DNA of 64,000 nucleotides from Chromera velia (Eukaryota): NCBI GenBank assembly GCA_018398765.1, contig JAHBMJ010000201.1, positions 62,001 to 126,000 of the forward strand, read 5' to 3'. Shown piece by piece: positions 1 to 10,500 of this stretch (position 1 is its first letter; each line of letters starts with the position of its first letter). The notes under the pieces were generated by a model. It saw only the letters and a program-made list of their open reading frames with translations, ran no database searches and was not told where the DNA came from. The position numbers and the translations under genes were made by a program.

Positions 1-379
1 GCCTGGATTTACTGGAAGAAACTATCAAAAGCTTAATCATATTTTTTCATTATATTCTACTCTACTAGGACTTACATTTTCTAGTATATTTTAGAGTTAA
101 GTAAACGTGTTTTATTTATAGTCACTCATAGTCACTATATTTTAGTATATTCAAACAATCAGTAAAACGCAAAATTAATTCAAGTTGAATTAAATGCTGT
201 TTGAAACTAAACTCATGCTCTGTTGGACTCAGTTTAAAAATGGTAGGATTGAACAGATTAATACTTCAGGTGAGGGATTTCATGAGTGAAATGAAAATTT
301 AACCATCTGCCTTGCGTGTCATGACTTGCCGAACGCTAGACGCCTATTATGGGCCAAGAGCGATGGCGTATGATGATGG

Positions 380-432
380 TGGCCTATAGACCGATCAATA
401 ATAATAATAATAATAATAATGATGATGATGAT
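380..432 (+). repeat. Dispersed repeat end with (AAT/GAT)n tail, copy 1
   Basis: TGGCCTATAGACCGATCAATA (380-400) followed by (AAT)n(GAT)n; 20/21 match to 3497-3517. Confidence 0.65.
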
Positions 433-787
433 TCAAAATGAGATTGGCTTTTTTGAACAGTTCGAAGATGGGGAAGAATAAGCATCCAGCCCTCTCCTTT
501 GACATGTCTTTCCCATCAGTCACACACGCTGTGCGGGCTTTTATGATGCCCGAAAACCATCCAGCAGGAGAGGGAGTGGATGACCAACCTGGTCTTCAAA
601 AAGGAAAATTTGTTGCAACGTAGCTGTGAGAGCAGACTGAGTATAAAGCTTAGCAATGGAAGTTTATTCTCTTTCTTGTTTCTCTGTTTTCTTTCCTTTT
701 CATCTCCCCTTCCTTTTCTCTTACAGATAAAAGATGCAAGCACAATGACCAAACGGTCTTTTTCTGAATTGTTCATCCCTCTGACCC

Positions 788-1645
788 TTTGAAACAGAGT
801 GGACTCCAAAGTAGGACTTAGTCGAATTCAAAGTGACTTTTAAATTTACTATATTCTAGCTTCATTATAAAGTAAAACTAGGTTACTTAAAGCAACCTAA
901 AGTTTTTTAGAGCATTTAAAATCTGCTCAAAAGACTGGTTGATTAGCTAAGGTGCATAGTAGGAAAAATTACGATCACCGCAGCATGTGGAAGTTAGTGA
1001 ATGTTACCTGAAAAGAAATATACAGACACAACACTAATAGATATGTTCAACAGCAATCAACTAGAAAGAATTGCTTCTTCTACAAGGGAAACAGTGCAGG
1101 AAGGAGGGCTTCACAGCTAGGCTGGTCAGACCGGACAGGAGGTGGTCAGCAGGGGTCGGAGAGGATTCCGAAGAACAGAGCACAGAGACAACATAATTCC
1201 ACCCTATGTTTTCTTCAGTTTTTCTTTTTTCGTTCTTTGACAAATTTCTTTTATAAGTGCCTAAGTGGTGCTTACTAGCTCAAAAGGGGAAACCGAATTT
1301 TTTTTTGAACGTGTCGTTTGTTTTTGATTTGACGACCGCAGCACCTCTTTCTCTATCTTGTCTTTTCTATTGCTGGGTGGTTCGATCAATCCGTGCTGCG
1401 TCCAAGGGGGGAAAAGTCAGAAAACATGCATATGAGCGTGCTGTGTGCCAGCTCTTAATAATTTATGTTTGTCTGTCCTTCTTCTTTCTGTTCTTTCTGT
1501 TCATGTCCTTTAAAGTTATCTTTGTGTCCTTCGAGCATATAGTCTTTTGACCGCTGTCTTTGGTCGTGATGTACCACTGTCTTGTCTTGAGGGTTTTTGT
1601 AGATTGAATTCGTTTGAGTTGTTTGCAGTCGTCTTGACTGCACAG

Positions 1646-1695
<50 letters not shown>

Positions 1696-3253
1696 CAGTC
1701 TCTCTTTATCTATAGTTTCTATAGTCTTTGCTCTTTTGCTCTCTCTTTTCGAGTGATCATATATTATGCTGCAATTCGTTTCATCTTTGCATATGAATAC
1801 ATGAATACAATCAGTTATCATTATGCTCGTTCATCATACGGGTGCCACTTTTCTGTATTCGTAGCGTACACATTCTGCAGTCTGTATACGACTTGCTGTC
1901 TGCTCTGCTTATATGTTTATCTCTCTTTTCTCTTTCCATCCTGGTGATGCATAAAGAGAGCAGGTATGAGGGATAAGGGGGTGAAAGAGAAGTTGAGTGA
2001 CGGAATGTATGCTTGCGTGCATTCCTAGGGGAAAGACTTTGACTGCTGGGTATTTTGGTTTAACGTCGGACTCCAGTGCATCCTTCTTCATCTTTTTCGC
2101 TGTGTGTTTATCCGTCCACATCACATAATTCTATTTACAAAGAACTCACACTACACGGCGTAAAAGCTTACAAATCGTTCTGCGTGTTTCAATGAGAAAC
2201 TGTGAAAAAGAAAGACAGGTCTTTAGGTAGATCCAGATGTTCAGAGGGAGACCAGTATGGAGTACTACAAATGAGGAAGGATGAACGAGTAAGGAGTACT
2301 TGCATCGGGATAGTATGGACCGCTTTGAAAGACTGATACACACAGAGCAAGTGGAAGACATTCAAATATATGAAAGTTGAGCGATTAGTCTGGGTAGAAA
2401 AATGTCTGGCACAACTGAGAGCTGTGCAAAGCTTCAGAAGAGGCGGTCAAAAAATGGAGGCTCCAGCAGACTCTCCATCAACCCTCTCTCAGTCACTGTA
2501 ACCTCCCTTATGCGTTTCGCTCAGAGACCAATCGCTCAGCCCAAACCAATCAGCTTTGATGCATTTGGATGTCTTCCACTTGCTCTGTGTATGTCAGTCT
2601 TTCGAAGTGGTCCATACTATCTTAATACAAGTACTCTTTACTCGTTCATCCTTTTTCATTTGTGGCACTCCGTACTGGTCTCCCTTTGAACATCTGAATC
2701 TACCTACAGACCTGTCCTTCTTTTTCACTGTTTCTCATTGACATACGCAGAACGATTTGCAAGCTTTTACGCTGTGTAGTATGAATTCTTTGTGAATAAA
2801 ATTATGTTGTCTCTGTACTCTGTTCTTTAGAATCCTCTCCGACCCCTGCTAACCACCTCCTATCCGGTCTGACCAGCCTAGCTGTAAAGCCCTCCTTAAA
2901 ATTCCTGCACTGTTTCCCTTACAGAAGAAGCAATTCTTTGTACTTGATTGGCAGTGCTAAACGTTGCTGTTGAGCATATCCATTACTATTATGCCTGTAT
3001 ATTTCTTTGCAGGTAACATTCACTAACTTCCATGTGCCGCGGTGCATGATCGTAATTTTTCCTACCATGCACCTTAGCTAATCAACCAGTCTTTTGAACA
3101 TATTTGAGCAGATTCACACAGAAGTAACGATTTTAAATGCTATAAAAAACTTTAGATTGTTTTAAGTAACCTAGTTTTACTTTATAATGAAGTAAATTTA
3201 AAAGTCACTTTGAATTTGACTAAGTCCTACTTTGGAGTCCACTCTGTTTTGAA
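788..3253. mobile_element. Long foldback (inverted repeat) element: left arm 788-1199 + 2123-2391, spacer ~2392-2524, right arm 2525-3253
   Basis: Reverse complement of 2799-3253 aligns to 788-1199 (e.g. AAACAGAGTGGACTCCAAAGTAGGACTTAGTC) and of 2525-2807 to 2123-2391; hand count ~87% identity over 257 nt of the inner arm. No intact ORF, no outer TSD seen. Confidence 0.9.
1200..2122. mobile_element. 923-bp insertion in the left arm of the foldback, flanked by a 9-bp target-site duplication ACATAATTC
   Basis: ACATAATTC at 1191-1199 and 2123-2131; the right arm has the single empty site (AAATTATGT, 2799-2807). No TIRs; T-rich left end (A-rich 3' end on the minus strand); internal (TC)n at ~1652-1693. 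Confidence 0.85.
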
Positions 3254-3496
3254 CGCCTTCTTTGTGCATCCATTCCAATCCTTGTTCTCCCTCTTCACTG
3301 GTTTGCTCTGTCTGCTCTCAGTACTCTGGATTGGTTTGACTGTCGCAGCCTTCTACAGTGAGGGATGGCACTTAGATTGATTAAGCGTCATTTAGGCGCC
3401 AGGTTTTAGCTAGCAGACGGCAGCCCCACTTCAATAAGTAATACAGGTCTGGCAAAAAGGCAATACAGCATTATCCTAGACTCATACATTGCATGA

Positions 3497-3540
3497 TGGC
3501 CTATAGACCAATCAATAAATGATAATGATGATAATGATAA
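3497..3540 (+). repeat. Dispersed repeat end with (AAT/GAT)n tail, copy 2
   Basis: TGGCCTATAGACCAATCAATA followed by a degenerate ATG/ATA tail. Confidence 0.65.
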
Positions 3541-4509
3541 AAATTTAAAATAAGATGATTTGGAGATTATGTATGAATATTCCCCACAAATTCTGAACAA
3601 AAAAAAAATAGGTATAACATTTCTTTTCTAAAACATGCTAGTAAATTAAACCTAATTAAGCCTTTGCATTGCGTTATGTAGTGTTATAAATATTTTTTCT
3701 CACTTTAAATTCATTTTAGCAGCTGTAATGTAGTATACAGTCACCTTAGTCCCTATGATTGCGCATGCAAGTACGCCTAAGTACGCTTAAGCACGTCAGT
3801 GCCTGTAAAATACTGCAAAGCTGCCGTGTTTCTTTCCACGGCGCAGCCGCAAGGGCAGCGAGGCTCTTAAATTTAGTTTGCAGCTTTTAATAGCTTTTAA
3901 GGATATTTTCAAGCGCTTCCGCGGTGGTGTACCCTTCGGCACTCCCTCGCTCTAGCTACGAAGAAATTAGAAGAAATACAAAGAAACTCTCCCTTCTTTG
4001 CACCACAAACGCCAAAAACTTTTTGAGGGGTTCTTTAGTTACAAGTTTAGTATCAATGCTTTTACCGTGTTTTAATAAGTGACACACAGTGTGAATGGGT
4101 TCGCCGCGGGGCTTCACAGACAAGCATACAGATAAGTTTGGGAAGTTGCTCCGCGGCGGGGCGCGGACACGAGAAAACTTTCCCCTGCGGCGCGCCGCGG
4201 GGCGCCCTTAATTTGGGCGGCCATGCGCGGGGTATACGTCGCTCCTGAAGCACGCCCTGCATGCGTAGACGGAGGAGAATCGGAGGAGACATCGATCATC
4301 TCCACTCATGCAGTGAGTCACATTTTTACATGTCCATGCAGTCTCCAGAGTTACTATTCCACTGTCAGTGACACCTCACTGAGGACGAACTTGCGACCGA
4401 GCAATTCAAGACGTCCAAAGCCTGAACTTGTATGCACCAGCAATCCGGACTTCACTTCTGTACGGCACGTATATATCGTCTGAGCAAGTCAATTGATTTG
4501 GATACAGAT

Positions 4510-5208
4510 ATGACAGGCTTGGATATCGTGAGAGAGAAGGCCCCAGCCGCGTGTGTCGTTATTATCCTTTTGCTTGCATCATTTCATGTCGTGCTGGCGA
4601 GAAACACAGTCTTCTGTAAGCTCGAGAATGCCTCGAGTCAATCGGTAGAGTATTCTTCATTTTACTTTTACGCGAAGTACTCTGATGGCGGAACCACCAG
4701 AGGTGGGGACCTCGGAGCGACCGGGACGTTGGCCCCATGGGCAACGGTTTCAAAGGGCTGGGTCACGGTCAAGGATGGCTTCGGGAGCCAAATGGGGACC
4801 TACTCTGCCGCTCTTGATCCCGAATTAGCGGCACAAATGCACTTTTCCAAAACAGAGATTCCACAGGCGCTCTGTGGAGCAAAGATAGATGGAGACGTTG
4901 TTTGGGGACTCGTCTGGGATCCCAGCATCGGCCCCATGTATCTGAAGGAGCACGGGGGGAACGTAGATTTCTCAACAGATCCTTACACAATCACACTGCA
5001 GCACAGAGGAGACTTTACATCGTGCTCTGAATACTGCAGGGCGGAAGGAACTACAGGTGGGACGATCAAGGGGAGGGCGCCTTGGTGTGAGGCAACGTGT
5101 GGGGGAGATTGTGGGGGGAAACCGTGCGTACTCGCCAACAAGTCCTGGTCGGAGTACGGAGACAAGTGCTTGTGGGGGACCCAGGAGAAGATCTGTTGCT
5201 GTGATTAG
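4510..5208 (+). CDS. Intronless putative secreted protein (~232 aa): signal peptide, beta-rich aegerolysin-like domain (tentative), C-terminal Cys-rich domain
   Basis: Clean ORF (track 4432-5208; ATG 4510 preferred) with hydrophobic CVVIILLLASFHVVLA, a globular middle and a C-terminus with 10 Cys (SCSEYC...GRAPWCEATCGGDC...DKCLWGTQEKICCCD); GC-rich promoter-like block upstream at 4090-4265. Confidence 0.8.
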   Translation: MTGLDIVREKAPAACVVIILLLASFHVVLARNTVFCKLENASSQSVEYSSFYFYAKYSDGGTTRGGDLGATGTLAPWATVSKGWVTVKDGFGSQMGTYSAALDPELAAQMHFSKTEIPQALCGAKIDGDVVWGLVWDPSIGPMYLKEHGGNVDFSTDPYTITLQHRGDFTSCSEYCRAEGTTGGTIKGRAPWCEATCGGDCGGKPCVLANKSWSEYGDKCLWGTQEKICCCD

Positions 5209-5872
5209 GCACAGAGCTTCCGAATCGGACTGCGCCGTACTTTCCTGTGAGTCTCGTGAAAGATATCCATCGAGAGCACAGTTAGTTACTCTATGAACCT
5301 CTCAAACTGACCAGCTAGGTGGCCAGAGATTTGCCGTCCTTGACCGGCGTCCCGTGACGTCCTTTTTTTTTGTTTTTGAAAAGTACGCCCGAAGTCTCCG
5401 CCAGGAGACTAGCCAGGAGAGGACAGAGAGGACAAAGAGGCCCGGAGATGTTGCCGTACGCTTAGTACGCTACGGTAACCTCGCAGAAGTGGCAATGCAA
5501 GCTGCGCATATGTGCGTAATGCTGTCACCGAGCATAGCCGGACTATCGGCAGGAGCAATTATAAGCGCTGTCAGTTTCAACTTCTAACTCTTTATACCTT
5601 AATTAATTCAAGATATGAAAAAAAAAGTTAAAAAAAAAATCAAAAACTAGATCAACAAATAAAAATTGACTTAATTGACTGATAATTAAGCGTTGCTAGT
5701 TTGAGCTCTTAACTGTTCATGCTTTGCAAAAAAAAAAAAAGATATCAAAAAACAAAAGCACGCAAAAAACTTTTTCTATGGAAAAATTAAATTTTTAATA
5801 GATTTAATTTTCTATCAATGATCAATTTTTTAGACCTGCTACCTCTGGCAACAGATAAACATATAGCTAGAA

Positions 5873-5930
5873 ACATAGCAGGAAGGCTTAGCACGGAACC
5901 GATTGAAACCAATTAATTAATCAATCAATA
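5873..5930 (+). repeat. Dispersed repeat end with (AATC)n tail, copy 1
   Basis: ACATAGCAGGAAGGCTTAGCACGGAACCGATT (5873-5904) matches 40569-40600 at 25/32, followed by a degenerate AATC tail. Confidence 0.55.
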
Positions 5931-7190
5931 TACATTTTTTTTTTTTTTGTATAGCAATCATCTTAGATAGGATAAGATAGGATAGATTTATCTCAGGCTC
6001 AGGCTAGGCTATATAATGATGATGATTTCATTCTCTGTAAATCATTTTAAAGCGGAGTGATATCAGAAACTAAAAGGTTAATCACGTTTTATTATTACGG
6101 TTTTAAATTAAATCATGAATCAATTATTTTAATTACGCCCTAATTGCGACACGTCATATACGGGTTTAAACGGTTTAGAGGCCGCTAAGCTTTCCTTCCA
6201 GAAAACTGTAAAACAACGTACATCCTGCAGTACGTCTAAGAACAACAAACCGACTGTACTTTTAAGTCCGACTACCACTAGTACGCCTCCAAGGTGGCAA
6301 GTTGGCCGTATGAAGCTCTATGAAGCTCTTCTTCTGTATCTGCCATGAATATTTGTTTCGTCATGCATCAAGCTGCGCCGTTTGATCTCGACAGAGCAGG
6401 ACTGCGACGGCCAGGTTCCTTCTCGACGACTCGGATCTGTCCCCCCCCCCTTTCGACAAATGTGGAGTGCACGACTGGTCCGACGAGCATGGGACTGCAT
6501 TCCCTCCTTCATGGCAGCTCACCTCACCGAGCTATGTGGTAGTCGATACATTGGCCCTACAGTGCGCGGCCGTGGCTGAATTGAATCAGTTGACTGATTG
6601 GCTTTTCCGAGTCGGTCTCGAGCAACCTTCAGCGAGCAATTCGGAAATGAATGTTGATTTTGGGTTTGTGATGCATGGGGCTAAGACATGCTCAGTCAGA
6701 CGTGGACTGCCACTTCTTTAATTGTATTGCTATGACCAATGCCTGTCGTATGTGCGTGTAATGAAGGTGACGTTGGTGCTCTTTCTGTCAACAAAAAATC
6801 CAAATACCCAGCCGTGGCCTTGGTGTCATTTGTCCGGTGGGATGAAGATGTCTTGAACTGGTAATGAGTGGCTCCGGGTTCTTTCCTCTGTTGTGCGTGG
6901 AGTCTTGCCGCACTCCTCTCGCCACATTTTGTGAAGAAGACCGGCGCATCTGCACGCACGATGAAGGAAGGCGAATTGAGAGGGAGGAGAAAATTCGAGG
7001 GGGGGGAAGAAACGCTGCATGTTGGATCCCAAAGAAAATTATTCCGGACCGTTCGGTTGCCTTCTTTGCGCAAAGGTACTGACTGGATGAATCACTCATT
7101 TATTTTTTGGCTACATGCCTGCTTGACTGCCTGTCTGACTCACTGACTCAAGGTTTGAGTTTATGAAACCTCTTCTTCACTTTCCTTCTC

Positions 7191-7490
7191 TTAGTCGATC
7201 ACATGCAAAAACAGATTTGTGGCTGACTTGAGGTAATTTGGAGGCAGGTGTTCGTGGACGTCTATCGAGAATCCGCCCCCTTGCTCGTCCTCTGCCTCGA
7301 CCACGAAATTGGTCTCGCTGCCGCTTCCCCGTGGGGAGGACTGTAACCTCTTGAGCGTCTCCGCGTGCTCCTCTGTGAGAGCCTGACTGATCAGGGTGTT
7401 CCGAGCCTTCACGGTTCTGTTCGATGTCGCAATCTCTGAGGCTCTGCACACACACACACACACACACATACATACACACACATACATACA

Positions 7491-7532
<42 letters not shown>

Positions 7533-10500
7533 CAGACGTATGGTAGATAAGGTCTCTGACTTCATCTCAACGAAGACGTCAAAGGTGGCACTGCAGGAAG
7601 GACACCGTTGATCCCTCAGGTTTCTCGAGGAATGCAGGCAGAAAGACACACTCTGGCAGAAAAAGGCAGCTAGAGACAGAAAGGCTGAAATGAAGTCAAA
7701 AGACGTACAGAGGGGAATCTGTCGCACAGAAACAACGAATTGAGCCTACCTCCTAGCTGCGAACATTTCTCTCCGCACCTCCTCCTCCAACAATTCCTCT
7801 TCTGTCTCTGCCTTGGAGGGGTCCGTCGGGTCATAGCAGCACAGACACGTGCCCCCGCTCCCGCAACACCCTTTGTTGGGCTTCACGGCACGTCCGTCCT
7901 TTTTTGCCCCGGGCCTCCAAGGGGGCATCACGATTTCGTCTCCCGTGTCCGTCGGTTCCCTGCGAGGGAGTAGTGAAGACAACAGTGAACAGGCAAAGAC
8001 AACAGGGCAAATGCTTTTGTAAGTCTGGCTGGGAGTCTGCGCGATTTCCGTTGCGCGTACTTAAACTCCACCTTGTATTAATATTATAGTTTCGTTTGTC
8101 CCTCCCCACCCATGGTTGTCTTGGTACCTCCTTACAATTTCCTTCCCTCTCACCTGTCTCCTTTCTCCCTTGGCTCCCACGTACATTCATGCACAAATCT
8201 TTGCGTGAGTGTCTGTCTGCCTGCGTTCTTGCCCAATTTACTGACTGACTGACTGACTTGACAGAGGAGGTGAGGCTCTCGTCAGGGGACCGGGAGAGGA
8301 ATTTTCTCGTGGAGACCTCTGCCTGTTCTCCCTCGCCCTCTGCCTCAGACTCCACAACCCCGTACCTCCAGGCACCCTCCAGGTGGAGAAACCCCTGCAC
8401 AGATAGAGATAGTTCAGGGAGACAGACAAGATAGCGTGATTGAGAAAAAAAGAAAAAAAATCTGGGAGCTTGAAAGGACGAAAGCTCTTGAAATTCGAGA
8501 GGGACACACGAGCAGACCGACCGACGAACAGACTGACTGACTGAAAAGACAGATTCCCTGGCTATCAGGCTCACTGACTGAGTGACAAAAGGGTAGGCAC
8601 GGCATCTCAGAATACTACATTAGTTGCATTCAGACCAAGCCACGTTCGACCACTTTCCCTCCCTACGCCCACCCACCTGCATGGATGGAGGGACCATGGT
8701 GACCACGTCGAAGTGGTTGACTACTCTGATGATGCGCAGCCTGTCTCCCCTGTGGTCTGCCAAAGGCTTCTTGTGGAGCGCATCCGCGTCCTTCCGGACA
8801 GAGCTCAAAAAGTTGGGCCCGCCCACCTGCAAGAAGCATTCAATTGATGGCAACAAGAGGCAAAGATGAAGCAGGGAAGCGACAAGGAGGAACGGAGAAA
8901 CGATTCAGAGTGATCGCGGGTAGACAGCCTGCCTTCTGGGGGGAACTTCGCTTTTGCCTGAGTGAGATCTAGGAGGATGAACAGAAGGTTTATCAGCAGT
9001 TGGTCCTCCTGTGTGTGGAGTTTATTGGAGAAATCGCTTGTTCTGTGAATAGGAGCGCAGCAGCTTTTGCCTCTTTCCTGTCCCTTTTGTCCGGTCTGTG
9101 GGTGAGTCAACCAACAGATTTTGCATGCGCGTAAGAGAAATATGGACAAAAACAGCAAGAGGCACGCAGAAGCATCCCTAGGGCTCCCAGAAAGCGATTC
9201 TGTTGCCGATAGCGGAAGACCTTATGAGCAAAAGAGTGGCACTGTTTGTTTGTGAGCGAAACGCGGTTCTCAGACAGAAGACAAGAGCTGACCGACTGAC
9301 CCTCGGAGCCCCCAGAGTGAAGAGCGTGACCCTTGCGCCGCTTGAGAGAAGGGGTTGGAGAAGTGTCTTCTCCTCTCTGCATCGGGAGAGACGGACAAAC
9401 AGGAAGAGAGAGCGCGCAAAGGAAAATGGAGGGAGGGGGGGGTGCGAATTTATGCTAATCGTTACTGTGAAGTGAACCAAGTGGGGACTTCAGACAGTCC
9501 TTGTCCGGTCCCAATTTTTCTTCTTGCTTGAGTCTGCATGGATAAGAAGGACAGAAAACAAAATTTGAATTTTGGGGACAGAAAACAAAAACACGAAGGG
9601 CAGGTACGTGACTGCACAGCAACAGGGAGAAGGCCAGATGCACCGATTTATTGCACAGAGTTGAATGATGCTATCCTAGAATCCACCCGTGCCTTTGTCT
9701 TCCTCTTGTGAATTCTCTCCTGGTACTTGAGCGAGGCATGAATGCACATAGTCCATTGACTGACTTGTGGAGGCAGGAGAGGAAGTAAGCAAGGCACTGG
9801 ACAGCCAGGGCACCCCCTAAAGAGTGACCACAGAAGATGATTTCCCTCAATGCAGCGCGCCGTGAAGGGTCTCGGAGAATGGGGAGGACCTGCAAGAGTG
9901 TACGCACGTGTTTTGTTCAACAATTTCAGATGCTGCTCCTCGGCATTCAGTCACTCTTCTGCTTCCTATTGTGTTGATCCAACGCACAGTTCTGCCAATT
10001 TTCGAAGTTTCAACCCTCCCCTCCGTCTCCTCCTACATCTGCGGGACCACAAATTCCTTCGATGATAGTCCAGAATTCTTCTTTTCTGAGCAACACACCC
10101 CCTGTGCATGCGGTCTCCTTCCTACCTGTTCCCGGATGTGCTTGCGAAGAGGAAGGAAGGCGCTGTAGAAGCCCAAGTGGACCATTGGGGGTCGCACCTG
10201 CAGGCAGAAAGAGAAGTGGCCGAATCACACCTGAGAGGGGGNGGGGGGGGGGGGGGAAGGGCAGGGCCATACATTCGAGAGGCACGAACATATGGGCAAA
10301 TCCGGTCGAGGAAAGAAGGAAGAGAACTGTGAGGCAGGACCAGGGCATGCCAGAAGGTCTATGCTTACATAGAACACAGCAAGGGGGAGACGCTCTGCAT
10401 TCGTGCAGCTTTGTGTTTCTTCTCTTTCCACTTCTCCCCCATTTACTGTCAGTCCATCTTTCTGCACGCTGACACCACATGCACAAGCCGACTTACTGAC

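Noticed and set aside
2215..2380. Stop-interrupted frame NEEG*TSKEYL resembling the pogo/DDE_1 GW motif in the foldback arm
   Set aside because: Only a few residues; cannot support a transposase call without a profile search.
5010..5070. Macin-like antimicrobial peptide motif (SCSEYCRAEG)
   Set aside because: Only a CxxxC helix resembles macins; the remaining Cys spacing does not fit.
5316..5853. Possible hAT-like TIR pair GTGGCCAGAG / CTCTGGCAAC
   Set aside because: Only 9/10 bp match and no 8-bp TSD.
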